Positions 18,241-19,372 of a DNA stretch of 19,372 nt are shown one piece after another. The translations under genes and the position numbers were made by a program. Under the pieces are notes generated by a model, which saw nothing but the letters and a program-made list of their open reading frames with translations, had not been told where the DNA came from and did not search any database. Origin of the DNA: Thainema sp. (GTDB taxonomy: Bacteria > Cyanobacteriota > Cyanobacteriia > Phormidesmidales > Phormidesmidaceae); assembly GCA_052168235.1 (NCBI GenBank), contig JBQLZK010000094.1, positions 1 to 19,372 on the forward strand, written 5' to 3'. Numbering within the stretch: position 1 is the first letter of the stretch; each line of letters begins with the position of its first letter.

Positions 18241-19125
18241 TTACGCCTCACTTCTTATTTCGCCTATCCACTCCCGTGTTCCAAAGGATTGACAAGCTAG
18301 TGCAGCTATTTCCGCCGCAGATTGCAGTGCTTCGGGAAATGATTGCTGTTGAATGAAGTGGCAAAATGCGCCGTGGAAGATGTCGCCTGCGCCGAGGGTA
18401 TCGACAGGCTGAATTTGGGGAACGGGGAGGGAGTTGCGATCGCACCTTTTCCCGTCCACAACCTGATACTGAATTGGCTTCTCGCCGTGAGTTACAGCCG
18501 CATAGGGGATTTCCAGTTGGGCCAGATAATCCAATACCTGCTCAGTTGTTTCACAGCGCGGCGGCAAAAAGTTGGCGGACGCAATCACATAATCGGCTAG
18601 CGGCAAGACTTCCTCAAAGCCGGGTTTCCAACTGCCGCCGTCGATAATAACGGAAATATTTTGCGCCTGAGCGTGACGTGCGATCGCATATCCAACGGCC
18701 ATCTGATGTCCATCAATCAGTACCAGATCAACGCCTTGCAAAATGTCTTTGGGAATTTGGTCAAACGTGGCCTGTCGCTTTTCGGCATTGCGAGACACCA
18801 CTGCGCGATCGCCTGTTGCGGCGGTAACAAAAATCGACGACATGGGCGGCGGCGTGCTCAGCTCAGGCTGGAGGTCAATCAGCTTGGCCTGCTGCTGCTG
18901 AAGATCGGCGTTAATCAGCGTACAAAGCGGATGGGTGCCCAGAACTCCCAGAATTTGAGCGCTAGAGCCAAGTTGTTGATAGGTGACGGCGGCATTGGTT
19001 GCGGGGCCACCAGCGGCAATCACTTGGGCGTTGGCAACCATCTTTTCGTTGGCCTGGGGCAGATGCTCAACCTGATAAATCAAGTCGAGCGTAATTAACC
19101 CGATAAATAGTCCCTGGGACGGCAT
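18241..19125 (-). CDS. PfkB-family sugar kinase
   Basis: GLITLDLIY, AAGGPATNAAV, IDGGSWKPG and VDTLGAGDIFHGAF motifs. Confidence 0.9.
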   Translation of the reverse strand: MPSQGLFIGLITLDLIYQVEHLPQANEKMVANAQVIAAGGPATNAAVTYQQLGSSAQILGVLGTHPLCTLINADLQQQQAKLIDLQPELSTPPPMSSIFVTAATGDRAVVSRNAEKRQATFDQIPKDILQGVDLVLIDGHQMAVGYAIARHAQAQNISVIIDGGSWKPGFEEVLPLADYVIASANFLPPRCETTEQVLDYLAQLEIPYAAVTHGEKPIQYQVVDGKRCDRNSLPVPQIQPVDTLGAGDIFHGAFCHFIQQQSFPEALQSAAEIAALACQSFGTREWIGEIRSEA

Positions 19126-19372
19126 GATAAGACAAAATGCTACAGCAACTGGGAGTTCAGTATAAGCATCCCAAGCTAACTAGCGAGTTATATCTTTCTG
19201 CTAAAAATCGTATAAGTTATGTACTTGTTATGCCTCTATTGGCAAGCACTTGATGGAGATAATCAGAAACCTCTTGATAATTCCGCCCTCTATCTACTAA
19301 TCCATCTGCCATGCTGAGCAGGGCTATTTCATTCTAAACAAGTAGCCTAATATGGGATCGAAGCTGACGCTC

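Noticed and set aside
17209..19125. Two PfkB kinases as a dedicated sugar pathway or recent duplication
   Set aside because: They are convergent, highly divergent from each other and lack any associated transporter or catabolic genes.
19210..19224. NtcA box
   Set aside because: The spacing is GTA-N9-TAC rather than GTA-N8-TAC.

Overview
A 19.4-kb stretch of a cyanobacterial chromosome, probably a filamentous Leptolyngbya/Oscillatoriales-like strain. The evidence is about 27 HIP1 (GCGATCGC) sites counted by eye, short tandem heptamer/octamer repeats, a PedR-type regulator and a thylakoid CYP38/TLP40-like cyclophilin. Most of the window is core housekeeping: accB-efp (minus), cyclophilin, eno, mnmA, sat plus a Tat-signal caspase-like protein with a degenerate Tyr/Ser dyad, hisS, pedR with its downstream conserved small gene, a DUF4168-like protein and two convergent PfkB kinases. 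A roughly 4-kb accessory-looking block (9713-13800) holds a HAD hydrolase, an EamA transporter, a DUF421 protein, a small hypothetical gene, an orphan NarL-type regulator and a 5'-truncated GNAT remnant that the ORF track missed. GTAG-type palindromes bracket this block. I found no rRNA, tRNA, CRISPR array, transposase or integrase, and no clearly new multi-gene system. The best leads are (i) a candidate multi-stem RNA upstream of sat, (ii) the tightly coupled sat/pseudo-orthocaspase pair and (iii) two adjacent nested palindromes at 13650-13800, each with two left arms and one right arm.
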